Shown here in pieces: positions 45,596-54,640 of a stretch of 64,000 nucleotides of DNA (its first letter is position 1; each line of letters starts with the position of its first letter). The stretch is taken from the NCBI GenBank assembly GCA_017459965.1, contig JAFUBW010000014.1, forward strand, positions 75,984 through 139,983. The letters run 5' to 3'. This DNA comes from Bacilli bacterium (GTDB lineage: Bacteria; Bacillota_I; Bacilli_A; RF39; UBA660). The notes beneath the pieces were generated by a model, which saw only the letters and a program-made list of their open reading frames with translations, did not search any database and was not told the DNA's origin. The position numbers and the translations under genes were made by a program.

Positions 45596-45627
45596 TAATA
45601 AAAAAATAGTTAAGAGGAGATCTAAAA

Positions 45628-46488
45628 ATGGAAAAAGAAAATATTAATAATAGTAGTCTAGTTCTAAATTTAGATGAAATATTACAAAATGAAAAAAAAC
45701 AATTAATAAATGATATTAAATCAGTATTTGTTGATTTAGAAATCGATGGATTATATGAATTTGATGGGAATATGATTAAATTAAATCCAGATTATTATCT
45801 AAATGAAGATATTTTTAATAGAAGAATTAAAAAAGATATAGGAATGTATTATGATTTAGCTAGTGGCGAAGGAAATGAACACTATAAACCGATTCATGAT
45901 ATATCACAAGAGGAATTTGATTATTTAGAATCAATTGATTTTGAACCAGAAAAGTATAATGAGTTAATTAAAAATAAAATGATAAATCATATGAATATAT
46001 ATTTAGATAATAAAATTACTGATTTTAAAATGTCTGATATTGTACCATTGGAATATAGGTTATGTGAATATCTTAGTAAGTATTACGAAAATATGGAATA
46101 TGATCCTAAGGATGATATTATGGATGAGAATATAGATGAGGCAATATATCGTATAAAAAGTTTAAGTAATAAATATAACTTTAAAAATTCAATAACAGAT
46201 ATATGCAATTATATCGAAAATACAAAAAATGAAATAAAAATACCAAAGATATCTAAAGATAAAATGTTAGAACTAATAGAAGGATATAAAGAAGAAAATC
46301 AAATTGAAGAAACAATTGATTACGAAGAGTATATTGAACCTATTATTTATGATATACAAAGAAAAAAGAAAAAAGAGATTTTAGAAAGACGTTTTGAAAA
46401 ACAAAAGTTAGAAGAAGCGAAAAAAGAATTAAAAGAACAAAAAGGTATGTTAGATTCTACTATTGATTCAAATGGACCAAAAATGTAA
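45628..46488 (+). CDS. Hypothetical protein (286 aa)
   Basis: SD AAGAGGAG. No motif recognised. Confidence 0.55.
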   Translation: MEKENINNSSLVLNLDEILQNEKKQLINDIKSVFVDLEIDGLYEFDGNMIKLNPDYYLNEDIFNRRIKKDIGMYYDLASGEGNEHYKPIHDISQEEFDYLESIDFEPEKYNELIKNKMINHMNIYLDNKITDFKMSDIVPLEYRLCEYLSKYYENMEYDPKDDIMDENIDEAIYRIKSLSNKYNFKNSITDICNYIENTKNEIKIPKISKDKMLELIEGYKEENQIEETIDYEEYIEPIIYDIQRKKKKEILERRFEKQKLEEAKKELKEQKGMLDSTIDSNGPKM

Positions 46489-46512
46489 AAAAATTAGTAT
46501 TAAAAATGAATT

Positions 46513-46536
46513 AGAGCAAGTATACTTGCTCTTTTA
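46513..46536 (+). terminator. Rho-independent terminator
   Basis: AGAGCAAG-tata-CTTGCTCT followed by TTT. Confidence 0.6.
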
Positions 46537-46592
46537 ATTTGACATTTTTCATAAAATCTATATAATATTATCACACAAAAAGAGGGGTTATT

Positions 46593-47207
46593 ATGGAAGT
46601 AAATAATAAAGAAATGTATCATTATCATCATTCTCATTTATATAAAGATATATGGAAGCCTGGTAATGAATTTATTGTAGATGACAATTTTGAAACATCA
46701 TTTTTAAATATATTAAAATATTATTCAAGCGCTGTTACAACAATTACAGGTAATAAAAATGCATTTAATAGAACAATACAAAGATATTTAGAAGAAAATC
46801 AAGATAAAGAAACATATATAATGCTTTTAAAAGAAGCAAGAAGAATAATATCTGGTGCTAATATGTTTACAAGAGAAATGGCACTTGAAGAAGTAAGAAA
46901 GCAAAAATATCCTGAATTACCAAGTAGAAAACATTCAATATGGTTATGTGAGAAAAAAGGATTGGATTTCTGGGCAAATCAACTAGTAAGAGAACAACAA
47001 AGTAAATTAGATTTATATAAAGTATTAGTTACTGGTAATTTATTTAAATCAAGTGATTCGTTTTTACCAGAAGATTATTATACATATGAAAATATGTTAA
47101 AAAGTGCTGATGGTTATTGGAATCCAAAATTTGAGAATGAAGAACAAGAAGAAAAAGCAGAATACCTTTTTCAAGGGAAAGTAAAAATATTAGAAAAAGT
47201 TAAATAA
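46593..47207 (+). CDS. Hypothetical protein (204 aa)
   Basis: SD AGAGGGG. Features: YHYHHSH, LPSRKHSIWLCE. No confident family call. Confidence 0.55.
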   Translation: MEVNNKEMYHYHHSHLYKDIWKPGNEFIVDDNFETSFLNILKYYSSAVTTITGNKNAFNRTIQRYLEENQDKETYIMLLKEARRIISGANMFTREMALEEVRKQKYPELPSRKHSIWLCEKKGLDFWANQLVREQQSKLDLYKVLVTGNLFKSSDSFLPEDYYTYENMLKSADGYWNPKFENEEQEEKAEYLFQGKVKILEKVK

Positions 47208-47233
47208 CATTTAGAAATAAATGTTATTTTTTT
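47204..47233 (+). terminator. Rho-independent terminator
   Basis: ATAACATTT-agaaat-AAATGTTAT followed by a T-run. Overlaps the stop codon. Confidence 0.65.
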
Positions 47234-47301
47234 GTAAACTAAATTGTAAATAAACTATGTATAATAGCATTAATATGATAAAATGATTATAGAGGTAATA
47301 T

Positions 47302-48237
47302 ATGAACAATAATTATTTTAATGAAATAAAAAATAGAGTAATAGAAAAAATAAAACAAATAATTCCTAAAGATTCACTTGATAACTTTGAAAACAATTTA
47401 CAATCTCTAAATCTAGTTTTTGATGAACCTGAATCACAAGAAGATTTTTTAGATAATAGTGATATGGATAAAGGATTTAATCCACATTATGATTCTATTA
47501 ATAATAGTGTTGTTTTTTGTAAACAATATTTAAAACTTTTATATCAAGAATCTTTACATACAGATAATCCTAGAGAATATTATTATTCTAATATACAGGA
47601 AACTTTATTTCATGAACTAATACATGTTGCAAGTACAAAAATTGATAATGACTATTTAAGTGGATTTGATACACATAATAAAGATGGATTCATTGGTAAT
47701 AATATAGGTTTAACAGAAGGTTATGTTGATTATATTGTAAGGAAAAATTATTTTAACAAATCTAAATTACCATTCACTGGTTATAAAGAATTAGTTAATA
47801 TAGTAGCTCAATTAGAATTATTAATAGGTGAAGATAAATTAAAAGATATATTTTTTAATAATAAAGGAATTAATAAATTAGCAGAAGAATTAGAAAAATA
47901 TAATATAGACAAGACTTCTAGTGAAGCATTATTTTTAAGAATACAAGATTATTATGATAATAATTATAAGGAAGGAAGTAAAAATAATTTAATAGGAAAT
48001 ATTAATCATAATTTAAATATGATATTAATTTCAAAAATAAACAGTATGAAAGATGAAAATGTAAGTAAAGAAGAATTGAATAAATTACTAGATAATTATG
48101 AACAAAATTTTATAAGCGTAGATCTTTTGAAAGCATATAATAGAGATATTAATAACTATGAATTAATAGAAGAAAGTTTAGATGAATTAAAAGAAATAAA
48201 AGAAGACACTTTATCTTCATATTATGGAGTTAATTAA
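47302..48237 (+). CDS. HExxH-motif protein (putative metallopeptidase-like)
   Basis: Single LFHELIHVAS motif. No signal peptide. Confidence 0.4.
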   Translation: MNNNYFNEIKNRVIEKIKQIIPKDSLDNFENNLQSLNLVFDEPESQEDFLDNSDMDKGFNPHYDSINNSVVFCKQYLKLLYQESLHTDNPREYYYSNIQETLFHELIHVASTKIDNDYLSGFDTHNKDGFIGNNIGLTEGYVDYIVRKNYFNKSKLPFTGYKELVNIVAQLELLIGEDKLKDIFFNNKGINKLAEELEKYNIDKTSSEALFLRIQDYYDNNYKEGSKNNLIGNINHNLNMILISKINSMKDENVSKEELNKLLDNYEQNFISVDLLKAYNRDINNYELIEESLDELKEIKEDTLSSYYGVN

Positions 48238-48253
48238 AAAGGAGAGAATAGTT

Positions 48254-49354
48254 ATGGATGAAATGAAACAAATATTATTTGAAAAAGAACAAACTGGAAT
48301 TAATATGAGCTTTGTATTATATATTCCAAAAGATATTAATAATGATAGTACGTTAATTTTAAATGGTATTACACCTGATATTGGAACTAAAGAGCAAGAT
48401 AAAAAAGATGAAAAAGAAAGTACTCATTTATATGGAACTTATTTAGATTCATATAAAGAAGCACTTCAAATTGCTAATAAAGCATATTTTTCTCCTGATT
48501 ATAAAAGATTATCTATTAATTACAATAATCCTATGTTAATACCAATAATACCTAGATGCATGGCATTATATACAGGTTATTTAGGATATGATGTTTATCA
48601 TGAAAACTATGATAGAGCAATTAAAGCATATGAAGAAGGATGGTCTAGATTTTCTGAAGAAGACTTACATAAATTTGATAATTTAGATGAACAAATTGCA
48701 AATATGATTTATTATTCAATAGATTATATAAATGAAAATTATAACTTAAATATGGATTACAAAGTAATTGCAACAGGATATTCAGCAAGTGCTAAAATGG
48801 TAAACTTTTTTGCAGCACTCCATCCAGAACTAATTAAAATGGTAATCGCAGGTGGAACTACTGGTTTAACTATTATTCCAACAAAAGAATATGATTATCC
48901 ACTTGGTTTTAAAGATTTACCAGATGAAAATCTAGAATTATTTAAACAAATACCACAATTTTATTATATTGGAAAAGAAGATCAAAATGATTCATCAAGA
49001 CCTCATTTTGAAGCAAAAACAGATGGGAAAGGGAATTTTATTAAAGATGAAGTAACTCATAATGTTATACCAGAAATAGAAAATGGTAAAATAAAATTTA
49101 TAAAAAAGAATGGGGAGTATATATTACCAGATGGTGGATATTTTTCACTTGAGCAAACTCATATAATACATGATAAATTTTCAAGTGATGTACAAGAAAG
49201 ATTTGATTTAAACGAAAAAAAATATGCTGAAGAAAAAGTAAATGCAATTTTTAAAAAATATAATGGAAATCATAAAATACAAGATGATAGATTAAAAAAT
49301 GATATATTAGATTTTTATGAATCTAATATTAAAGAAAAAGATTTAATATTGTAA
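48254..49354 (+). CDS. Alpha/beta-hydrolase-like protein (degenerate nucleophile elbow GYSAS)
   Basis: Start at the ATG after AAAGGAGAG. Shares FVLYIP, PMLIPIIPR, IATGYSASAK and IAGGTTG blocks with the central domain of the 57117 protein. Confidence 0.55.
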   Translation: MDEMKQILFEKEQTGINMSFVLYIPKDINNDSTLILNGITPDIGTKEQDKKDEKESTHLYGTYLDSYKEALQIANKAYFSPDYKRLSINYNNPMLIPIIPRCMALYTGYLGYDVYHENYDRAIKAYEEGWSRFSEEDLHKFDNLDEQIANMIYYSIDYINENYNLNMDYKVIATGYSASAKMVNFFAALHPELIKMVIAGGTTGLTIIPTKEYDYPLGFKDLPDENLELFKQIPQFYYIGKEDQNDSSRPHFEAKTDGKGNFIKDEVTHNVIPEIENGKIKFIKKNGEYILPDGGYFSLEQTHIIHDKFSSDVQERFDLNEKKYAEEKVNAIFKKYNGNHKIQDDRLKNDILDFYESNIKEKDLIL

Positions 49355-49434
49355 AGTAAAAATATTATAAAAAGTAGATGATGATATAAAAGAGGAATTA
49401 AAATGTTAATAAAAAAAGAAAAGTAGGTGTAATA

Positions 49435-49980
49435 ATGAAAAACATAATAATAACAGGTATACCAAGAAGTGGTAAAACAACATTATCAAAATTAATAAAA
49501 GAAAAATATCCAGAATATAATATTATTTCTTTTGAAGCAATAAGAAATGGTTTTATTAAATCACAACCAGGTTTGAAAATGGGTAATAGAAATAGTGAAG
49601 CAAGAAAAGAAATATTACCAGATTTTATAATGGAATTTGTTCACTGGAATAATATCATATCTAAGTATCCTTGTGTAATTGAAGGAGATTTTGCAGATTT
49701 AAAAACAATAAATGATTTATCCAATGAAGATGATTTAATTATATGTTTAGGTTTAGGTTGTAAGACGATAGATGAAATAGTAAATCTTATAAAAGAAAAT
49801 GATACAAAAGATGATTATACATATGATTGGGCAGAGGATAAATTAAAGGAACATTTTTATGATATTGAAGAAAAAGATAAAGAAAATTATAACTATTGTA
49901 AAGAAAAAAATATTAAATATTATGATACATCTAAAAATAGGAAGAAATTATTAGAAGATGTAACAAATAATATGGTATAA
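49435..49980 (+). CDS. P-loop kinase-like protein
   Basis: Walker A GIPRSGKTT at the N-terminus. About 180 aa. Confidence 0.55.
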   Translation: MKNIIITGIPRSGKTTLSKLIKEKYPEYNIISFEAIRNGFIKSQPGLKMGNRNSEARKEILPDFIMEFVHWNNIISKYPCVIEGDFADLKTINDLSNEDDLIICLGLGCKTIDEIVNLIKENDTKDDYTYDWAEDKLKEHFYDIEEKDKENYNYCKEKNIKYYDTSKNRKKLLEDVTNNMV

Positions 49981-50005
49981 TAAAACTATAATAGGATGTG
50001 ATACT

Positions 50006-50245
50006 ATGAAAATAGGAATAGTTAAAGAAGTTTTTATTCCAAATGACATTATTGATGAAATGAATTTAGATAAAATTGGATTTAAAATAAATATTGATGG
50101 AAAAATAATTGAGATGATTCAAGATGTTGATGATTATAATTCAACTATTTTAAAAAATGATAAAGTTAATATAATTGAAAAAATAATAGATGGTAAAAAG
50201 TATATTGATATTGAAAAGATAGAAAATGGTGATGATTATGAATGA
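50006..50245 (+). CDS. Hypothetical small protein (79 aa)
   Basis: SD AGGATGTGAT. Its 3' end overlaps the helicase start by 8 nt. Confidence 0.45.
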   Translation: MKIGIVKEVFIPNDIIDEMNLDKIGFKINIDGKIIEMIQDVDDYNSTILKNDKVNIIEKIIDGKKYIDIEKIENGDDYE

Positions 50246-53200
50246 TTATAATGTAGTGGGTTTATATGATCATAATGCTGAATCATATAATAAAATAAAA
50301 GAGGCTTTTAAACAAAATAAAGAAGTTGCTATTGTACATGCAACAGGTACTGGTAAGAGTTTTAATGCAATTCAATATGCATATGATAATAAAGATAAAA
50401 AAATAATATATGTAGTTCCATATAATCCAATAATAGAACATTTAAATAAAATTATAGAAGATAATCCAAATTTAACTGAGTATGATTTTAAACATGTAGA
50501 ATTTAGAACATATACGAGTTTTATTAATATGAGCAGTGAGGAATTAGAAAATCTAGAAGTTGATACTTTAATATTAGATGAATTTCATCATATTGGTGCA
50601 CCTATATGGGGTGCTAGAATTCAATCAATAATAGATACACATCCAAATTTAAATATTCTAGGAATGACTGCTTATACAGTAAGAGATAGAGGAACATCTT
50701 ATGAAAGAGATATGGCAAATCCAGAAGGTGGAGAATTATTTTCAAATAAAGTAGCTTCAAATTATGATTTATGTGATGCTATGATTGATGGAGTGCTACC
50801 AAAACCAATATATAAAAGTGCATATGTAAATTTGGAAGGTACATATGAATATTTAGAAAAGAAAGTAAATAGTTTAGATCATGAATCAAAAGATTATCAA
50901 GAATTATCTAAATTAATGAATGATATAAAGAAAAGAATACATGAAGCACCTAGTATGACAGATGTATTTAAAAATAATATTAAAAAAGATGGTAAATATA
51001 TTTATTTTTGCCCATTAAATTCTGAAGAAGGTATAAATGATATTGATACTATAGAAAATGAAGTAAAAGAATGGTTAAAACAAATGGGGTTATCAGAAGA
51101 TGATTATGTTTTATACACAACAACATCTCAAATGGGTGAAGATGGAAAGAAAAATAGAGATGCTTTTTATAATGATAAAGATTTAAATGATGAAAGTGCT
51201 AATAATAAACTAAGAATAATGTTTGCAATAAATCAATATAATGAAGGAACACATGTACCTAATATTGATGGTGTAATAATGGGAAGAACTACACAATCAG
51301 ATATAATTTTCTTTGAACAACTAGGAAGAGCACTTGCAGTTAGAGGTAGAACAAAAGAAGTATTTGATCATTATGAAAGTAAATCAATAGATGAATTAAA
51401 AGAATTATGTAATAAAAGAAATATAGATATAAATGATAACTTATCAAAATCAGATTTGATTGAATTATTAGTAGCACCAACAGTAATAGATCTTGCAAAT
51501 AACATAGAATTTATTAAAGATTTAGAAAATAATTTAAAAGATAGACTTAAATTAATCCAAGGTGATGGATTAGGAAATAAAAGAATCTCACATATTACTA
51601 ATGCTAATTTTGATATAGAAATGTTAAATCAAAATATATTTGAAATAATAAAATACATGCAAGATAGATTAACAATGACTTGGGAAGATAAATATGAACT
51701 AGCTAAAGCATATTATGAACATCATGGAAATTTAGAAGTACCAGATAATTTTAAAACAATAAATGGATATGAATTTGATGAAAATGGAGAAAAATTAGGA
51801 AAATGGATAGGACAACAAAGACAAGCGTATAAAGGAAAACAAAAAATAACTCCAGAACGAATAAAAAAATTAGAAGAAATAGGAATGATATGGGATTTGA
51901 CTAAAGATAAATGGATGAATAATTATAATCTAGCTAAAATATATTATGAGCATCATGGAAATTTAGAAATTCCAAAAGGATTTAAGACAATAAATGGATA
52001 TGAATTTGATGAAAATGGTATAAAATTAGGCGGTTGGATAACAACTCAAAGACAAGCTTATAAAGGAAATAAAAATGTAAAAATAACTCCAGAACGAATA
52101 AAAAAATTAGAAGAAATAGGAATGATATGGGATTTGACTAAAGATAAATGGATGAATAATTATAATCTAGCTAAAATATATTATGAACATCATGGAAATT
52201 TAGAAATGCCACAAAATTTTAAAACTATAAATGGATATGAATTTGATGAAAAAGGTATAAAATTAGGTGGGTGGATAACAACTCAAAGACAAGCTTATAA
52301 AGGAAATAAATTAAAACTTACTCAAGAACAGATCAAATTGTTAGAAAAAATAGGCATAAAATGGAATTTAAAAACGGATAAATGGATGAATAATTATAAT
52401 CTAGCTAAAGCGTATTATGCACATTATGGAAATTTAGAAATACTACAAAATTTTAAAACTATAAATGGATATGAATATGATGAAAAAGGAATAAAATTAG
52501 GTTCATGGATAAATGCTCAAAGGCAAGCATATAAAGGAAATAAAGGGAAACTTACTAAAGAAAAAATAGAATTATTAAAAGAAATAGGTATGAGATTTGA
52601 AACCAATTTTGATGAATCAAAATGGTTACAAATGTATGACTTAGCCAAAGCATATTATGAGCATCATGGAAATTTAGAAATTCCAAAAGGATTTAAGACA
52701 ATAAATGGATATGAATTTGATGAAAAAGGATTTCCTTTAGGAAATTGGCTTGGAACTCAAAGACAAACATATAAAGGAAAAACAACTTCAAAACTTAACT
52801 CTGATCAAATTAGATTATTAGGGAATATTGGTATTGCATGGGATTTGATTACAGATAAGTGGATGAGTAATTACAATCTAGCTAAAGCATATTATGAACA
52901 TCATGGAAATTTAGAAATACCTAATAATTTTAAAACTATAAATGGATATGAATATGATGAACACGGAGTAAATTTAAGAGCATGGTTATCTGGTCTAAAG
53001 CAAGCATATGAGGGTAAGTCTAATTTAAAAATTACAGAAGATAGAATTAAATTATTAGAGAAAATAGGTATAAAGTGGTTTACTGACACGATAGATGATA
53101 AATTACAAAAAGAAGAAATTATTGATGATGAAAAAAAGAAATTACAAAAACAAAAAGAATTATTAAATAGAACATATAGTCTTATTTCAAAATATGATGA

Positions 53201-53267
53201 TAAATTTTTGCCTTCTAAAGAAGAAATAAATCAAGACTTTATGGATCAATTGAATAGAAAAAGATGA
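50238..53267 (+). CDS. Superfamily-2 (DEAD/ResIII-like) helicase with six C-terminal helicase-associated (HA) domain repeats
   Basis: Motif I HATGTGKS, motif II LILDEFHH and the QLGRALA region. Then six copies of W..Y.LAK.YYEHHGNLE.P..FKTINGYE.DE.G..LG.W...QRQAYKG......I..L..IG..W. Confidence 0.8.
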   Translation: MNDYNVVGLYDHNAESYNKIKEAFKQNKEVAIVHATGTGKSFNAIQYAYDNKDKKIIYVVPYNPIIEHLNKIIEDNPNLTEYDFKHVEFRTYTSFINMSSEELENLEVDTLILDEFHHIGAPIWGARIQSIIDTHPNLNILGMTAYTVRDRGTSYERDMANPEGGELFSNKVASNYDLCDAMIDGVLPKPIYKSAYVNLEGTYEYLEKKVNSLDHESKDYQELSKLMNDIKKRIHEAPSMTDVFKNNIKKDGKYIYFCPLNSEEGINDIDTIENEVKEWLKQMGLSEDDYVLYTTTSQMGEDGKKNRDAFYNDKDLNDESANNKLRIMFAINQYNEGTHVPNIDGVIMGRTTQSDIIFFEQLGRALAVRGRTKEVFDHYESKSIDELKELCNKRNIDINDNLSKSDLIELLVAPTVIDLANNIEFIKDLENNLKDRLKLIQGDGLGNKRISHITNANFDIEMLNQNIFEIIKYMQDRLTMTWEDKYELAKAYYEHHGNLEVPDNFKTINGYEFDENGEKLGKWIGQQRQAYKGKQKITPERIKKLEEIGMIWDLTKDKWMNNYNLAKIYYEHHGNLEIPKGFKTINGYEFDENGIKLGGWITTQRQAYKGNKNVKITPERIKKLEEIGMIWDLTKDKWMNNYNLAKIYYEHHGNLEMPQNFKTINGYEFDEKGIKLGGWITTQRQAYKGNKLKLTQEQIKLLEKIGIKWNLKTDKWMNNYNLAKAYYAHYGNLEILQNFKTINGYEYDEKGIKLGSWINAQRQAYKGNKGKLTKEKIELLKEIGMRFETNFDESKWLQMYDLAKAYYEHHGNLEIPKGFKTINGYEFDEKGFPLGNWLGTQRQTYKGKTTSKLNSDQIRLLGNIGIAWDLITDKWMSNYNLAKAYYEHHGNLEIPNNFKTINGYEYDEHGVNLRAWLSGLKQAYEGKSNLKITEDRIKLLEKIGIKWFTDTIDDKLQKEEIIDDEKKKLQKQKELLNRTYSLISKYDDKFLPSKEEINQDFMDQLNRKR
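51678..53081 (+). repeat. Six tandem coding repeats (about 225-240 nt each), HA domains
   Basis: Repeats 1/2 and 2/3 junction regions are near-identical at DNA level: 51842-51970 versus 52079-52207, one mismatch in 129 nt, period 237 nt. Confidence 0.9.
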
Positions 53268-53290
53268 GAAATTTGTTTCTCATCTTTCTT
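53263..53290 (+). terminator. Rho-independent terminator
   Basis: GATGAGAAA-tttg-TTTCTCATC followed by TTTCTT. Confidence 0.7.
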
Positions 53291-53380
53291 GCATATATAT
53301 TATAACATATTTCTTATAAAAATACTAGACTTGTAATGTATTTACAATATAGTATAATTTTAGTAAAGGGAGGGGTTTGT

Positions 53381-54640
53381 ATGAATATAAAAAATATTAA
53401 AAGTAATAATAATGGTTTTTATTATTATAAAACAGATGAATTTGCAACAATTGATATAAGATATTATTTTAATTATGAAAATACAAAAGAAAATTATATA
53501 AAAGCTAAAATACTTTCAAATTATTTATTAAAAACTAATAAATTATATAAAACACAAAAAGAAATTACTGATAGAAGTAAAGAATTATATGGATTAAGTG
53601 TAAATATTGGAAATAAAGAATTTGGTAGTAAAACATTTATATATTTTGAACTTAAAATGGCAAATCCTAGAATAATAGAAGAGGATTATTTTAATGATGC
53701 TTTAGAATTCTATAAAAATATAATGTTAAAACCTAATTTTAAAGATAATAAATTAGATATGGAAGTATTTAATCAAATTAAAAAAGAAATAATTGATAAA
53801 GAAAATAATAATATTAAAAATTCTAGTAAATATAATGAAAGATTATATTATAAAAATATTATTCCTAATAGTATTATTAATCAGCGTATAATAACAGATA
53901 TAAAAGAACTTGAAGATATTATTAATAAAATAGAAGATATTGATATTATTAATTTTTATAATGATATTATAAATAATTATATTACTTCATTTGCATTTGG
54001 TAATTTATTAGATGAAGAAATAAAAATAATAGAAAATACTTTTGATTTTAAACAAATAGATTTTGATTATAAATATGATGTAAAAGATGAAATATTAACA
54101 AATGATATAGAAATAACAAGTAAAGAAACTACTCAATCATATATTTATTTTACTTATGAAATAAAAGATTATAAAAAGGAAAATAGTTATATATATGATG
54201 CACTTAATACATTGTTAAATAATAATAATGGTCCAATATATACTGTTTATAGAACAAAACTAGGTATATCTTATAGTCAATATGAACAAATATTATATAA
54301 TAATGGAGTATTTTTTATAGAGGCCGATATTGATAAAAAGAATAAACAAAAGGCAATTAATGGACTTAAAGAAATATTTGATATTTTAAATGATAAAGAA
54401 GAAGTAGAAAGATTATTAAAATATACTAAAGAAAGAAGAAGACAGTTGTTAATATCTTATAGTGAAAGTGTAAAAGAAATTATTAATGAGCTTGAAAAGT
54501 ATATATTAAAATATGATTTATCAGAAAAAGAAAAATTAAAATTAATTAATAATTTATCTGTAGATGATATTATGAGTCAAATAAATAATTTAGAATATAA
54601 ATGTATGTATTTTTATAAGGGGGATAAAGATGAGAAATAA
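53381..54640 (+). CDS. M16-family (insulinase-like) protein lacking the HxxEH zinc motif (non-catalytic partner)
   Basis: Start at the ATG after AGGGAGGGG (track start 53336). Length and pairing with the adjacent active M16 gene. No HxxEH seen. Confidence 0.5.
   Translation: MNIKNIKSNNNGFYYYKTDEFATIDIRYYFNYENTKENYIKAKILSNYLLKTNKLYKTQKEITDRSKELYGLSVNIGNKEFGSKTFIYFELKMANPRIIEEDYFNDALEFYKNIMLKPNFKDNKLDMEVFNQIKKEIIDKENNNIKNSSKYNERLYYKNIIPNSIINQRIITDIKELEDIINKIEDIDIINFYNDIINNYITSFAFGNLLDEEIKIIENTFDFKQIDFDYKYDVKDEILTNDIEITSKETTQSYIYFTYEIKDYKKENSYIYDALNTLLNNNNGPIYTVYRTKLGISYSQYEQILYNNGVFFIEADIDKKNKQKAINGLKEIFDILNDKEEVERLLKYTKERRRQLLISYSESVKEIINELEKYILKYDLSEKEKLKLINNLSVDDIMSQINNLEYKCMYFYKGDKDEK

Noticed and set aside
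51678-53081. Regularly spaced repeats that could be mistaken for a CRISPR-like array.
   Set aside because: The repeats are about 237 nt, contiguous, in frame, and encode the helicase-associated domain inside one long ORF. There is no short repeat/spacer architecture anywhere in the window.
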